From NCBI GenBank assembly GCA_963782525.1, contig CAWAKC010000006.1, forward strand, positions 32,001 through 96,000: DNA of 64,000 nucleotides, written 5' to 3'. Below, piece after piece: positions 39,123 through 48,206 of this stretch (within the stretch, counting starts at the first letter, position 1; every line of letters begins with the position of its first letter). This stretch comes from Candidatus Bathyarchaeota archaeon (GTDB taxonomy: Archaea; Thermoproteota; Bathyarchaeia; Bathyarchaeales; Bathycorpusculaceae). Below the pieces are notes generated by a model. It did no database searches. It was given only the letters and a program-made list of their open reading frames with translations, and was not told the origin of the DNA. Both the position numbers and the translations under genes were made by a program.

Positions 39123-39207
39123 TTAGACCTCTCCTTTAATGTCTGATTTCTGTTTTCGAGAGAATAGTCTAAGTTGTTTATTGCCCACCAAAATAATCCT
39201 CTTCTTT

Positions 39208-39357
39208 TTACTTACTCTTCTGTTCCTTTTCCTTTAGAGCTTCCAATGCTCTTTCTATTATGGAATTGTAGGACTCGCAACTGACTAACTTAGCATTATC
39301 TAAGCTGTCCTTTGTAGCAGTATGAACTATTATGAGCTTGAACTTCTTAGTGTCCAT
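39208..39357 (-). CDS. 49-aa RHH/antitoxin-like regulator heading the operon (not in the ORF track)
   Basis: LIIVH.ATK.SL...K....ESYNSII.R.LE pattern of archaeal RHH proteins. Confidence 0.6.
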   Translation of the reverse strand: MDTKKFKLIIVHTATKDSLDNAKLVSCESYNSIIERALEALKEKEQKSK

Positions 39358-39576
39358 TTTTCTCTTAGTAGACATTATTTTCAACTAATAGCTATAGGTC
39401 TAACTGTATATATATGTATATTGGTTGTATTGATATCTATTAATACATTAAAAAGAGTGATAAAGTTTAACGGGTTTATTATCACCTTATCCCTATCTCT
39501 CTCATCTCTCGCCAAGTTTCCAAGTTTTCAATAAATCTTTGAGAGCATTCTGGTTGAATATTGACTGACAGAATTA

Positions 39577-39920
39577 ACCTTAATCCGTCCTTCTTTAGCT
39601 GTATAACATTCTTAACGGTCGTGTTTCCATTGGAAATTTATAATCAATTAGATAGACCTTAACCTTACCTTCTTTAGCAAATTGCTGCCTTCTCCATGCC
39701 GATTGCTATTAGCAATTTTTCATCAACCAACTTTGTTCTAATACCAGAGCTAAAGCCTTGATTACCTGAATAGACCCCTTGATAGAGCGATTACTCTGAG
39801 TAATTACCTGTTTTAAGACCTCAAAAATAGGCTTACCTTCTATCTTCTTTCACTGAATTTCAACTCAAATAACTTTGCTAATACCCGAGATAATGGCTTG
39901 ATTTTTTGAATAGAGTCTTT
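39577..39920. repeat. Degenerate direct repeats in a long non-coding stretch
   Basis: 39577-39599 vs 39656-39678 (19/23); 39729-39780 vs 39871-39920 (~40/52). Confidence 0.6.
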
Positions 39921-40293
39921 TCTGTTCCGATTTATCTGATAAATTCCACTCCTAATTAGCGTCTATTCACTCTGAGCGCATTTTTAATTAATAGATTGAC
40001 CTGTTTTCAGCTCTGTTTGTTATTTAAAGGGCTTATTAACCTGATTCATCGGATGAATTTTTTTCTTTAATAAAAATAAACCCAAAAATAACTCTCTCAC
40101 TCAATTAAACCCTGTTTCTAACCGAGAGATGTCATCTCTAAAGAGCAGAAACTTAGCTAATAACAAAAGTGCTTGAAAAACACCCTAAAACATTGTCTTT
40201 CTTAGGGAACTTGACTCATTAATCTTGAGCAAAAAGACAATTCTTCTGAGCACATTCAATCTTTTTCTTTCGCTTAGATGTTGCCATAAGCTA

Positions 40294-40917
40294 CTATCTC
40301 CTATAGCCTCTATGTTGGGTAAAACCTTCTTGTTGCAAACAATAATCAGGATTCTTTCCATCATTGATTGATACTTCTTTGCTTGTCTGGATAATTTCCA
40401 ACATCTTGAGTTTATTGATGTAGGATTCCGCTTCTATTGCTGCTAAGTTAGTTTGGTATCTTTTGCTGAATGGTTTAAGCAGTTTGAATAAGGCACTTTC
40501 AAATAATGCTCGAATGGTTGTGTGCAGATTATCTTCTTCTGCATGAATGTAAGTTGGAATTAGCTGGATACGTTCTTTCTTAAGTTTCTCTTCCATTTCT
40601 TTAGAGATGTTGGGGAAACTTATGCTTAGAACCCATTCGTCTTTATGTTCTGGGTCCTGACGATGGAAGTATTCTATCTTAGAATCTATAATGTCATTAT
40701 TCATATGGGTTAATTTTTTAGGGTTGGTAACTTCTAAAAGAATCCTTTTTCCTTTAACTGGAATAACTATATCAACTGCATTGTGATGGTCGAATGAATA
40801 TTCAGAGTGGTCAAAACTGTTATGATCGCACTTTAAGCCTAACTTCTGCTCTATGAAGTGGACATGTGCCATCTCTGCTGGAATACCGCTTAGATAGTTT
40901 ATGTTGAAGTTACTCAT
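40294..40917 (-). CDS. PD-(D/E)XK-like nuclease fold protein
   Basis: E...VDIVI......LLEVTN arrangement. Confidence 0.55.
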   Translation of the reverse strand: MSNFNINYLSGIPAEMAHVHFIEQKLGLKCDHNSFDHSEYSFDHHNAVDIVIPVKGKRILLEVTNPKKLTHMNNDIIDSKIEYFHRQDPEHKDEWVLSISFPNISKEMEEKLKKERIQLIPTYIHAEEDNLHTTIRALFESALFKLLKPFSKRYQTNLAAIEAESYINKLKMLEIIQTSKEVSINDGKNPDYCLQQEGFTQHRGYRR

Positions 40918-41717
40918 TTTTCATTACTCGTCTAATGTGCTTGAAAGAAGGTTGGAAGGAACGAGCTTCCCCTTCATAAAATCAAGCTGTTGTTATGCGC
41001 AAATATATTAATGGTGGATAAGTTTAATAAGGTTTACTGCATTGCAGTTTTTTCGGTGTTTTATGTGGCGTACGCTTGCTGGTTATTTTTCACTACAAAA
41101 ATCTAAGCCTTTTTTGGTCCTCTCCATGCAATACAAGGCTGTTTTAAACGTAGTGATGCTATCACCAAACTTATTATCTAACATCCTCTTAACACGTTCA
41201 AGAGTACCAAGAACATTATAATAAAAAGCAAAAATACAGCCCCATTCTAACCTTCTTTTCTAAATTACTACTTTATTTGGGATTGATCGCATTGCGAATT
41301 AAATCTCAACCCGAAACAGTTCCCATTCTGATTTGGGGCTAACAAAATTTTCTGGGAGATTTCAAAGCTCATTAAGATGTGGCAGGGCATGGAAGGGATA
41401 GTTATTCTATTTAGATAGTAAGTAAGTACTATCCACATCTTTATTCTTGGTTAGGTTTCTGAGCATTGAAGTTTCTTATTTCTTCAAAGCTTGCTCTTAG
41501 TGTAGCATCCACGTTCAACAACTATAGTATAACACCGCTTATCGTTCTACAGATAGACAGATTAGCTGCCTTACTAACCCCTTCATAGTAACATAGTAGG
41601 CTATCCAATAGTAGGAGCTTAGTAGCAATGTTCTCATGCCTCACCTTTATTGATTAATAACTCTGGTTAAAGGGTAGAATATGCAGTTAGATTAAACAAT
41701 GATTCTGTTCTGCATTA

Positions 41718-42833
41718 CTACTCTGGTTCTTGTTCCTGTCTCTGTGCCTCTTCTTCTATATCATGCTCTAACTCTTCTGTTGTCATGTTAAATCTACGTG
41801 CTATAAGTGCAATGGTAGCTTTAGATAGAAAGTTCTGTTTCTCAAGAAGGCTTATCCTCGCTGTAAGTTTAGTAACCTCTTCAGAGAGCTTAGAAACTTT
41901 GCCATTTCCATTAGTTAAGATGCATGTAGTCAATTTCATAACTTTACTGTAGCATTCTTTCAATTCAAAACTACTAACATACGCATCCTCAGAAGTGGCT
42001 TTCCCTACTATCTGCTTCCATTTAGACTCACTCATATTCCCAGATAGTCTATCAATAAGGTATTTTCTTAAGCAGTGGAATCTTAGGTGTTTATCTCCTA
42101 AATTGATATTTGCCTTATCCGCTAATTGCTGTAAAATTGTACTAAGTTCTCTCTCTAATATTGGAAAGATTCTTTCAGTATCGGCTTTATCGGTATTACC
42201 TTCAAGCATGGCTTTAACCACTGGTAAAGCATCACTGTCTATAAATGGATAAGCTGTTACTCCCTCTTTTTCTGTCACTGTTTCACCGATAAAGATAGGT
42301 GCTTCTTGATTCAAGTTAATACTTCTAAATGCGCCATAAGTGAAAGAAGCAAAGTCCCCTGCTCTAAACCCTAAACTCTTCCCTAAGAGTAACACATACT
42401 TTTCTCTAAGATCACCTACAAAAGCCATCTTAGAAATATCTTCATTTACCAACATGTAGTCTTTAGTTGTTCTCTTAGGCTTTCCACCAAGTTTCTTGGT
42501 TTCAGCAGTGGTAAATTCAAAGGGTACTCTATAGTAAGCAAAGAATGACCTTAAGCTGTTGATAGCTGTTTTACAAGCATTATCACTGTAATTCTGTTCT
42601 TTCATCCAACCAATAAAAGACATTATTTTTCTTTCCCACTCAAAGCCTTTATCAGCTTTTTTAGATTCTAAAAGCTCTTTTCCGCTCATCTTATAGTAAT
42701 CAACAATTTTTCTAAAGAAGCATAGATAGATTGTTGCTGTACTCTTTTTTTGACTGTTTAGAAACTCTTTGATTGTATCATCTATTCCCTCATAATTTGT
42801 TATTCTTGGCATCTTATCGTTCACTCCTAACAC
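41718..42833 (-). CDS. Tyrosine recombinase with C-terminal coiled coil (start may be ATG 42812)
   Basis: SAM-like N-domain (LRSFF); GFRAGD, TEKEG, FHCLRK and VGK...AY motifs. Confidence 0.88.
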   Translation of the reverse strand: MLGVNDKMPRITNYEGIDDTIKEFLNSQKKSTATIYLCFFRKIVDYYKMSGKELLESKKADKGFEWERKIMSFIGWMKEQNYSDNACKTAINSLRSFFAYYRVPFEFTTAETKKLGGKPKRTTKDYMLVNEDISKMAFVGDLREKYVLLLGKSLGFRAGDFASFTYGAFRSINLNQEAPIFIGETVTEKEGVTAYPFIDSDALPVVKAMLEGNTDKADTERIFPILERELSTILQQLADKANINLGDKHLRFHCLRKYLIDRLSGNMSESKWKQIVGKATSEDAYVSSFELKECYSKVMKLTTCILTNGNGKVSKLSEEVTKLTARISLLEKQNFLSKATIALIARRFNMTTEELEHDIEEEAQRQEQEPE

Positions 42834-43030
42834 CCTCTTACCTTTAACTGCTTAATAAATTGTACTCCAAAAAGGTGTTTATTTAAGGTTTAAGAATGTT
42901 AGCGGTTGTTTACCGTTAATTATATTTATCTTTAGCTATTACTTCCGTTAATAGTTTTTTTTAGGTTTGTTGTGTTTTGTACGTTCGTTTTCTTTCATTC
43001 TCCATATATCTTTTCATAGTTTAAAAAACT

Positions 43031-43402
43031 TTAGAATTCCTCTTCTGGAAAAAGTGCGTTTTTATCGTCTATTCCTAGCACACCATCATATTCTGATCCA
43101 TCATCTTTTTCGGTCTCTTCGCTGTTTTGGGTTTGTTGTTGCGGTTCATAGCCTTTAGGATAAATTTGTGTAAGGTTTAGACGGTATTTCATAAATCCAA
43201 TAAAGCCTAGTGGTTTAGGTTGCTTTTTCTGTTCTGGAATCTTTAGTTTCACTTCATAAGGTACGCCTTGCTGAATGAACGGTTCTGTAGTGAGTTTTAG
43301 GTCTATCTCTGGAAATACAAATTGACCTTTAGGCAATTCTGTTATTACGTCTCTAAACTCTGCATTATGAATATAATGGCTCTGGAATAATGGGTAGAAC
43401 AC
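43031..43402 (-). CDS. Hypothetical protein, probably a 3' gene remnant
   Basis: Overlaps the next ORF head-to-head; acidic tail. Confidence 0.4.
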   Translation of the reverse strand: MFYPLFQSHYIHNAEFRDVITELPKGQFVFPEIDLKLTTEPFIQQGVPYEVKLKIPEQKKQPKPLGFIGFMKYRLNLTQIYPKGYEPQQQTQNSEETEKDDGSEYDGVLGIDDKNALFPEEEF

Positions 43403-43668
43403 TAAAAAAGGTAGAAACAGATAAAGAATGTTTACCCTCTAAGCTAAAAGGATATTTCCACAGTGACGAAACTAGACGATATTTTCCAAATTTTGAGATT
43501 GCAACAGAAACAGAACTATTTTTAATTGAGCCTAATGCGGTAATAGAACAAACAAAACAGAATAAAGCAGAACCGTTAAAGTTTTCGTGGTATTGCTCAG
43601 TATGCAAAGAACCTAATGCATACGATGCTAAAGTGTGTAAATGGTGCGGAATAAAGAGAAAATCCTAA
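43390..43668 (+). CDS. Protein with RanBP2/NZF-type zinc finger
   Basis: WYCSVCKEPNAYDAKVCKWC = W-x-C-x2-C-x3-N-x6-C-x2-C. Confidence 0.6.
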   Translation: MGRTLKKVETDKECLPSKLKGYFHSDETRRYFPNFEIATETELFLIEPNAVIEQTKQNKAEPLKFSWYCSVCKEPNAYDAKVCKWCGIKRKS

Positions 43669-43784
43669 GTTTCTTTAAAGTCATAAAGGCTAGTTTACTT
43701 CTGGCTTCTTAACCAGCCTAATGACAGCGGGGAAAGGTTCCTAAGAGTTTCCTTTTCCCACTAAACACTTTTTATTAAATAACT

Positions 43785-44804
43785 TAGAAGTGTGCACAAT
43801 TAATTTTTTATAGTTTTTCAGCTAATAACAATGTGAGCGAGACTGGGCCCGAACCCGTCAAAACCAATGGTTTGTGTCTAGGAACACTATAACCGTCTAA
43901 CTATTGGGTCAAGCCCAGTACTTGTTCACCGTTTTCAAGCTTTCTTCGCCGACAATGATCGACCTTATTGCTTCAGCATCGTAACTTATCAGTCCAGCCA
44001 TAACCATCGCCGCTTTCTTTACCAAACCTCTTGGCCAAAGCCAGCAATCCTTCAGTACATTCTCTTTGAGATGCTCGTTAAATTGTTCAACAACGTAGCG
44101 TTTAGTTTTCAAAAACTCCGCATGCTTGATTTTCTTGCGTTTTCCTCGTCTGGGGTTAGAAGCAATAACTGGCTCTGCCTCTATGCCCTTGGCTGCTCCT
44201 TTATTTGTTTTTGAGTCATAGCCCGCATCGGCCAAAACGTAGTCTGCCTCCAGATCCTCAATAAGCTTAGGAAAAAAAGGCGAATCATAGCGATTACCCG
44301 GTGTAACGATTCCTCTTAATGGCAGTCCCAGCTGGTTTACAGCAGCATGAAGTTTGAAGCCTCTGAATTTTCCACGGCTTGTGTGACCCCAGCCTGCTTC
44401 CATATCGTAGAGATCCACTAACGGCGTTGAATCAACAATTAAGAAGGTGGTCGGTGTCATAAGTTGAAGTATGTCTGCTATCTTTTCAAATGTCTCTTCA
44501 AGAAGGTCAAAGTAGCGTCTCCACCATCTTCCAACGGTAGTTCTGTTTGGTACTTTGCATAAGCCAAGTGTTCTAGCGGCATCCGAATGCTTCTTTAGAT
44601 GTTCAATTACACGCGTATCGTTCTCTAATCCTTTCAGTCTGGCATAAACGAGAACTCTTAGTGCTCTTAGGCGTCCGTAGCCTGGGTTTCCGCGTCTTTT
44701 GGGTTCTGTTGAAACGATTGCTTTGTTGACGAAAAGCCTGACGACCTCACAGGCTTCCATAATAAAATATAATTAAGAAGCAGCTTAAATTCTGCACACC
44801 CCTA
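43785..44804 (-). mobile_element. Complete 1020-bp insertion sequence
   Basis: 17-bp TIRs TAGAAGTGTGCACAATT / TAGGGGTGTGCAGAATT (14/17); 7-bp target duplication AATAACT at 43778-43784 and 44805-44811. Confidence 0.88.
43909..44760 (-). CDS. DDE transposase (DDE_Tnp_1 type; IS4/IS5-like)
   Basis: VDST, GFKLH, ADAGYD and R..VE..N motifs. Confidence 0.92.
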   Translation of the reverse strand: MEACEVVRLFVNKAIVSTEPKRRGNPGYGRLRALRVLVYARLKGLENDTRVIEHLKKHSDAARTLGLCKVPNRTTVGRWWRRYFDLLEETFEKIADILQLMTPTTFLIVDSTPLVDLYDMEAGWGHTSRGKFRGFKLHAAVNQLGLPLRGIVTPGNRYDSPFFPKLIEDLEADYVLADAGYDSKTNKGAAKGIEAEPVIASNPRRGKRKKIKHAEFLKTKRYVVEQFNEHLKENVLKDCWLWPRGLVKKAAMVMAGLISYDAEAIRSIIVGEESLKTVNKYWA

Positions 44805-44833
44805 AATAACTAATAAGGGGAAATAAAGACGAA

Positions 44834-44998
44834 ATGAAATTTGTTTGTATTAACTGCAATAAAGAAACAAAGCTAGAAAAGTTAAGGGAAAATCAGATAA
44901 TAAACTGCTCTTCATGCAATAAACCGTGAATCTACAGAGATGGAAACTTGATTTACTTAGAGATAAGAAATATTGTTAGTGGTTGCGAATGGTTTTGA
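44834..44998 (+). pseudogene. Small zinc-ribbon gene with in-frame TGA at 44927
   Basis: MKFVCINC...CSSCNKP*IYRDG...; frame stays open after the stop. Confidence 0.4.
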
Positions 44999-45404
44999 TA
45001 AAGATGTACTCTATTTTTTAGAAGTTTTCTTTTTCCTTCTGTCATCATTATTCACACCAACCCTGAGAGCAAAACGGTTCTATTAAGGAATAATCAGTTC
45101 TCTGCCACACATAGGGCATTGAACAGGGGTTTTCTTTTGGTAATAAAGCAATTGAACCCCACATAAATAACAAAGGGATATTTTGCATTTTGGGCAGTAT
45201 TTGATGCCACCATAACCATTTTTCCGCACATTGTACAGGGAGTTGTAAGGTCAAAAAAGCCCATGACCTCAATGTTTGGTTAAACAAAATATAAAGAGCA
45301 GCTTGAAACGACATTCTCTCATAGTGGAGAGTCTATTGAAAGAGATAGGGCAAAAAAAGCAAGGGCAAAAACTTAAAATTGAATAACAGAGAAATAGCGA
45401 TAAC

Positions 45405-46079
45405 ATGGCAAAAACAGGTCAAAGCATTATTTTTCAATTGAAGCGTTTCCTAAGAATTGGCTCTAATGAAAATTAAAAGAATATCAAAAGAATTCAATTC
45501 GTAAAAGGTGACGAGTGGCAAAAAATAATACATCCACTTGTTGAGGAAGTTAATGAAACGTGCAAGAAAAAGAGATTTACAGAAAGAAGAAAGAATCAGT
45601 TCATTATTATTGGTTTTGGTGCGTTTATGATATGTGTAATAGCTGCGGGATTAAACTATTTTGCTTATTACTTAATTGGACAATTCATTAACATTATTCC
45701 AAACATATCACCAAGCAATCAGACGCAGATTTCTTTGGATAATCAAACCGTTACTCAAGCTCAAATCAATCAAATTAATTTTGCCATGCAACAGTTTCCA
45801 ACACTTTTTGCTTTAACCGTGGGAGTAATAGCTATTATTGTTACTGTTTATGCGATTGTTGTTCCGTTGATTTTTGGAACTTCTTCAATTTCTGAGATTG
45901 CTGAAGAGTATTTTGCAAAACTAAGAAAAGGAAAACCCCTCAATGTTAGACCGTACCTTAAAGCTTTGATTAACATGAAATGTGAAGAATTTGATTTAGA
46001 CCTTACCATAGCTTATGATTTAAATCCTGAGCTATTTTCTCAAGAATCTCTGCTGAGACGTCTTTACAAATGCGGTTAA
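45405..46079 (+). pseudogene. 2-TM membrane protein gene with in-frame TAA at 45474
   Basis: ATG 45405 is in frame with ORF 45627-46079; single internal stop. Confidence 0.6.
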
Positions 46080-46139
46080 TCTCATAGCAAATATGCGATG
46101 GCAAAACTTAAAACTTCTTAGCGTAGAAATAGACTAATT

Positions 46140-46664
46140 ATAGCTGAAAAGAAAAATGCGAATTAAACTAAGAATGAACAAAAAAAGAGCAACAAATCGA
46201 ATCAAGTTAAAATCCCGAAAAAGTCTCTTTACGCTCTTGCTATTGCAACTATAATAGTTGTAATATGGGTTGGTATTGGGTCGTCAACAAAATATGGGCT
46301 TCAAATAAAACTCTCTGAAACGTATATCCCAACTCTAATTAACGGAATAACGACTTCAACCAGTGTAGTCATTGGTATATTTATTGCAATTCTTGGAATT
46401 ATGTTACGTTTTTCTATTGAAAAAAAAGACACTGCATCTAAACTGTTTTATCTAACTGCGATAGTGGTTCTTATAGTTCCTGTAGCTTTTCTCTGGTCTA
46501 CCTACGCCTTTCTAACTCAGGGATTTTTGACATTTGCAGTTACATACGCACTCGATGCTCTCATTTTTGCTTTATTCGTCCTTATCGTTATTGTAACCTT
46601 CACTGTAGTAAGAATTACAAACCAAACCGAAAAAGAAGACCCAACTGTTGGAAACGATTTCTAA
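46140..46664 (+). pseudogene. Multi-TM membrane protein gene with ATA start and in-frame TAA at 46164
   Basis: Frame open from 46167 through two extra TM segments into ORF 46401-46664. Confidence 0.6.
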
Positions 46665-46767
46665 AGCTAACCTTACTCCGCTTTATTTTTTCTGGGCACT
46701 TTTTTTATCAAGTACAAGCCTTATATTAAAGGTTAGAACAATAGCGTTCTTTAAGGAGATCCGTAAA

Positions 46768-47019
46768 ACGTCTGGAACACGGCAGTTAGGAATTGCTTTA
46801 ATCGTTTTTGGTGCACTTCTTCTGGTAGGTGCGGCTTTTGCATATACATAGGCGCAAACCCACTCAATAAGTGGTGCTGGAATCACGATACCATTACCGT
46901 CAACTTATCCATATAGAGATGATGCTACGGGTTTAATTCTCGGAGCCGTTGCCATGTTTGTTGTAGGGTTTGCTTTACTTGTCTATAAACCTCAAAATTC
47001 TCTACCACCACCGCCTTAA
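46768..47019 (+). pseudogene. 2-TM protein gene with ACG start and in-frame TAG at 46849
   Basis: AAGGAG upstream; second TM and PPPP tail follow the TAG in frame. Confidence 0.6.
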
Positions 47020-47152
47020 ATCTACGAGTCACGATTTCTATCCCCATCGAGGGATAGCGGTCTTAATCGTTTTTTAGTGAAAAATAAGTAAATTCCTTAT
47101 CAGTTTTAAAGTAACATTTCTAAGCCTTAACATTTCTATTGAAAGGGTAATA

Positions 47153-47290
47153 ATGGAAAGTTGCAACGATAAAAAACTGTTTTTGTGTAAAATGGAAACT
47201 TGGAGAATTAACGAATATGTACCGAAAAGAACCTGTACCTATGGCATGGGTGAAAAATGCAAAGTTTTCAATAGGTCTCCTTACTTCTAA
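47153..47290 (+). CDS. 45-aa Cys-containing microprotein
   Basis: MESCNDKK...RSPYF with four Cys. Confidence 0.35.
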   Translation: MESCNDKKLFLCKMETWRINEYVPKRTCTYGMGEKCKVFNRSPYF

Positions 47291-47443
47291 ATTTGGTTAA
47301 GAAGCTAAGTTTTTAAATAACCTTTCATACCATAAAGTACGGTACGAGAAAAGTTGTCTTAGTAATTCTGAGTAACTCGTGTTGCTCTGAATACCAAGAC
47401 TACCAATCTTGAGACTGTAAAGTACGGAAGGAGACTTAGTCTT

Positions 47444-47590
47444 TTGCCAAGGAAAGGTTACAAATGCATAACAGTGACAGAAAAGCTGCATGAAGAAATT
47501 AAGAAAAGGGCAGACGAAACAAACCGAACTATGAAAGAATACATCGAATACTTAATGGCACACGAAAAAGCTAACAAAGCAGGAAAATAA
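47444..47590 (+). CDS. 48-aa RHH (CopG-like) protein (not in the ORF track)
   Basis: MPRKGYKCITVTEKLHEEIKKRA....RTM.EYIEYL; AGGAG upstream. Confidence 0.7.
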   Translation: MPRKGYKCITVTEKLHEEIKKRADETNRTMKEYIEYLMAHEKANKAGK

Positions 47591-47593
47591 TTT

Positions 47594-47779
47594 ACGACCC
47601 TAAAAATCCTCCAAAACAACGATCGTGTAGCAGAAGTTCAGTTCATTTGTGATTCCTGCGGTAGGCTGGTAAGGACAAGCCTGATTCCCAGAAAAGAAAT
47701 CGATGCCCAAAAAAACATGGACGTAACATGTTGGCAATGCAAACATCCAAACTCAGCTAAAGATAAAACTAAAAATTAA
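47594..47779 (+). CDS. Zinc-ribbon microprotein lacking a canonical start (ACG)
   Basis: CDSCG...CWQC; same frame as the upstream RHH gene. Confidence 0.5.
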   Translation, partial: TTLKILQNNDRVAEVQFICDSCGRLVRTSLIPRKEIDAQKNMDVTCWQCKHPNSAKDKTKN

Positions 47780-48156
47780 GTTCGCCTTTCTAACGCTTCA
47801 GCATCGATTATTTCAAGCAACCTAACGACCCGTTTACCCTTGATAGCTTTTTCTTTTTTAGTAATCGTGCTTCTTGACTGACAAATCTCATCCAGAATAA
47901 TCCCTACATCTTCGTCCACAATCACCGGGTACACTCTGCAGCCAGCAGGTCGATCAGCATAAACACTGCAAAGGCGATTTTTGCGGTCGTAGAAAACACA
48001 GTAACCCTCACGATTTTTTAGAATTGCATAGCCTTGTTTGTCTAAGTTTATGAATTGGTTTTGACTGAAACCCTTCTTCTCCAAACGTTTAATATCTTTT
48101 TTGGAGAGCAACATTTCAGTTTCTGTACAGCAAACTCCGCAGTTTGAGCAATCCAT
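47776..48156 (-). CDS. YkgJ family cysteine cluster protein
   Basis: C.NCG.CC ... CVF......C.VY..RP.GCR.YP. Confidence 0.88.
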   Translation of the reverse strand: MDCSNCGVCCTETEMLLSKKDIKRLEKKGFSQNQFINLDKQGYAILKNREGYCVFYDRKNRLCSVYADRPAGCRVYPVIVDEDVGIILDEICQSRSTITKKEKAIKGKRVVRLLEIIDAEALERRT

Positions 48157-48206
48157 AGGCGATGATGTGTCAAGGCGGTATTTGTGTTTTATCAATAGCC
48201 GCTTTT

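Larger units (their letters stand above)
34100..47300. mobile_element. Degenerate plasmid/virus-like integrated island (boundaries approximate)
   Basis: Visibly AT-richer; orphan small ORFs, tyrosine recombinase, RHH protein, nuclease, IS and pseudogenes between housekeeping genes; no att repeat found. Confidence 0.7.

Noticed and set aside
39540-40290. Possible CRISPR array
   Set aside because: The repeats are degenerate, unequal and irregularly spaced, and there are no cas genes in the window.
34089-41708. Loose similarity between 34089-34124 and 41672-41708 as attL/attR
   Set aside because: The match is gapped, AT-rich and weak, and it would leave the recombinase outside the element.
34063-42888. 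Shared TTTATTTAAGG at ~34063 and ~42878 as att direct repeats
   Set aside because: Both lie at TATA-box distance upstream of minus-strand genes and are better explained as promoters.
45048-45314. 88-aa minus-strand ORF in the island
   Set aside because: It has no recognisable motif or translation signals, so it cannot be supported as a gene.
46666-46737. Integron attC-like site (CTAACCTT...AAGGTTAG) between cassette-like genes
   Set aside because: The inner sequence does not pair, other spacers lack the motif, and neither recombinase resembles IntI.
46849-46851. Pyrrolysine readthrough of the in-frame TAG
   Set aside because: Neighbouring genes are broken by TAA and TGA as well, no pyl genes are present here, and TAG is used as a normal stop elsewhere in the window.
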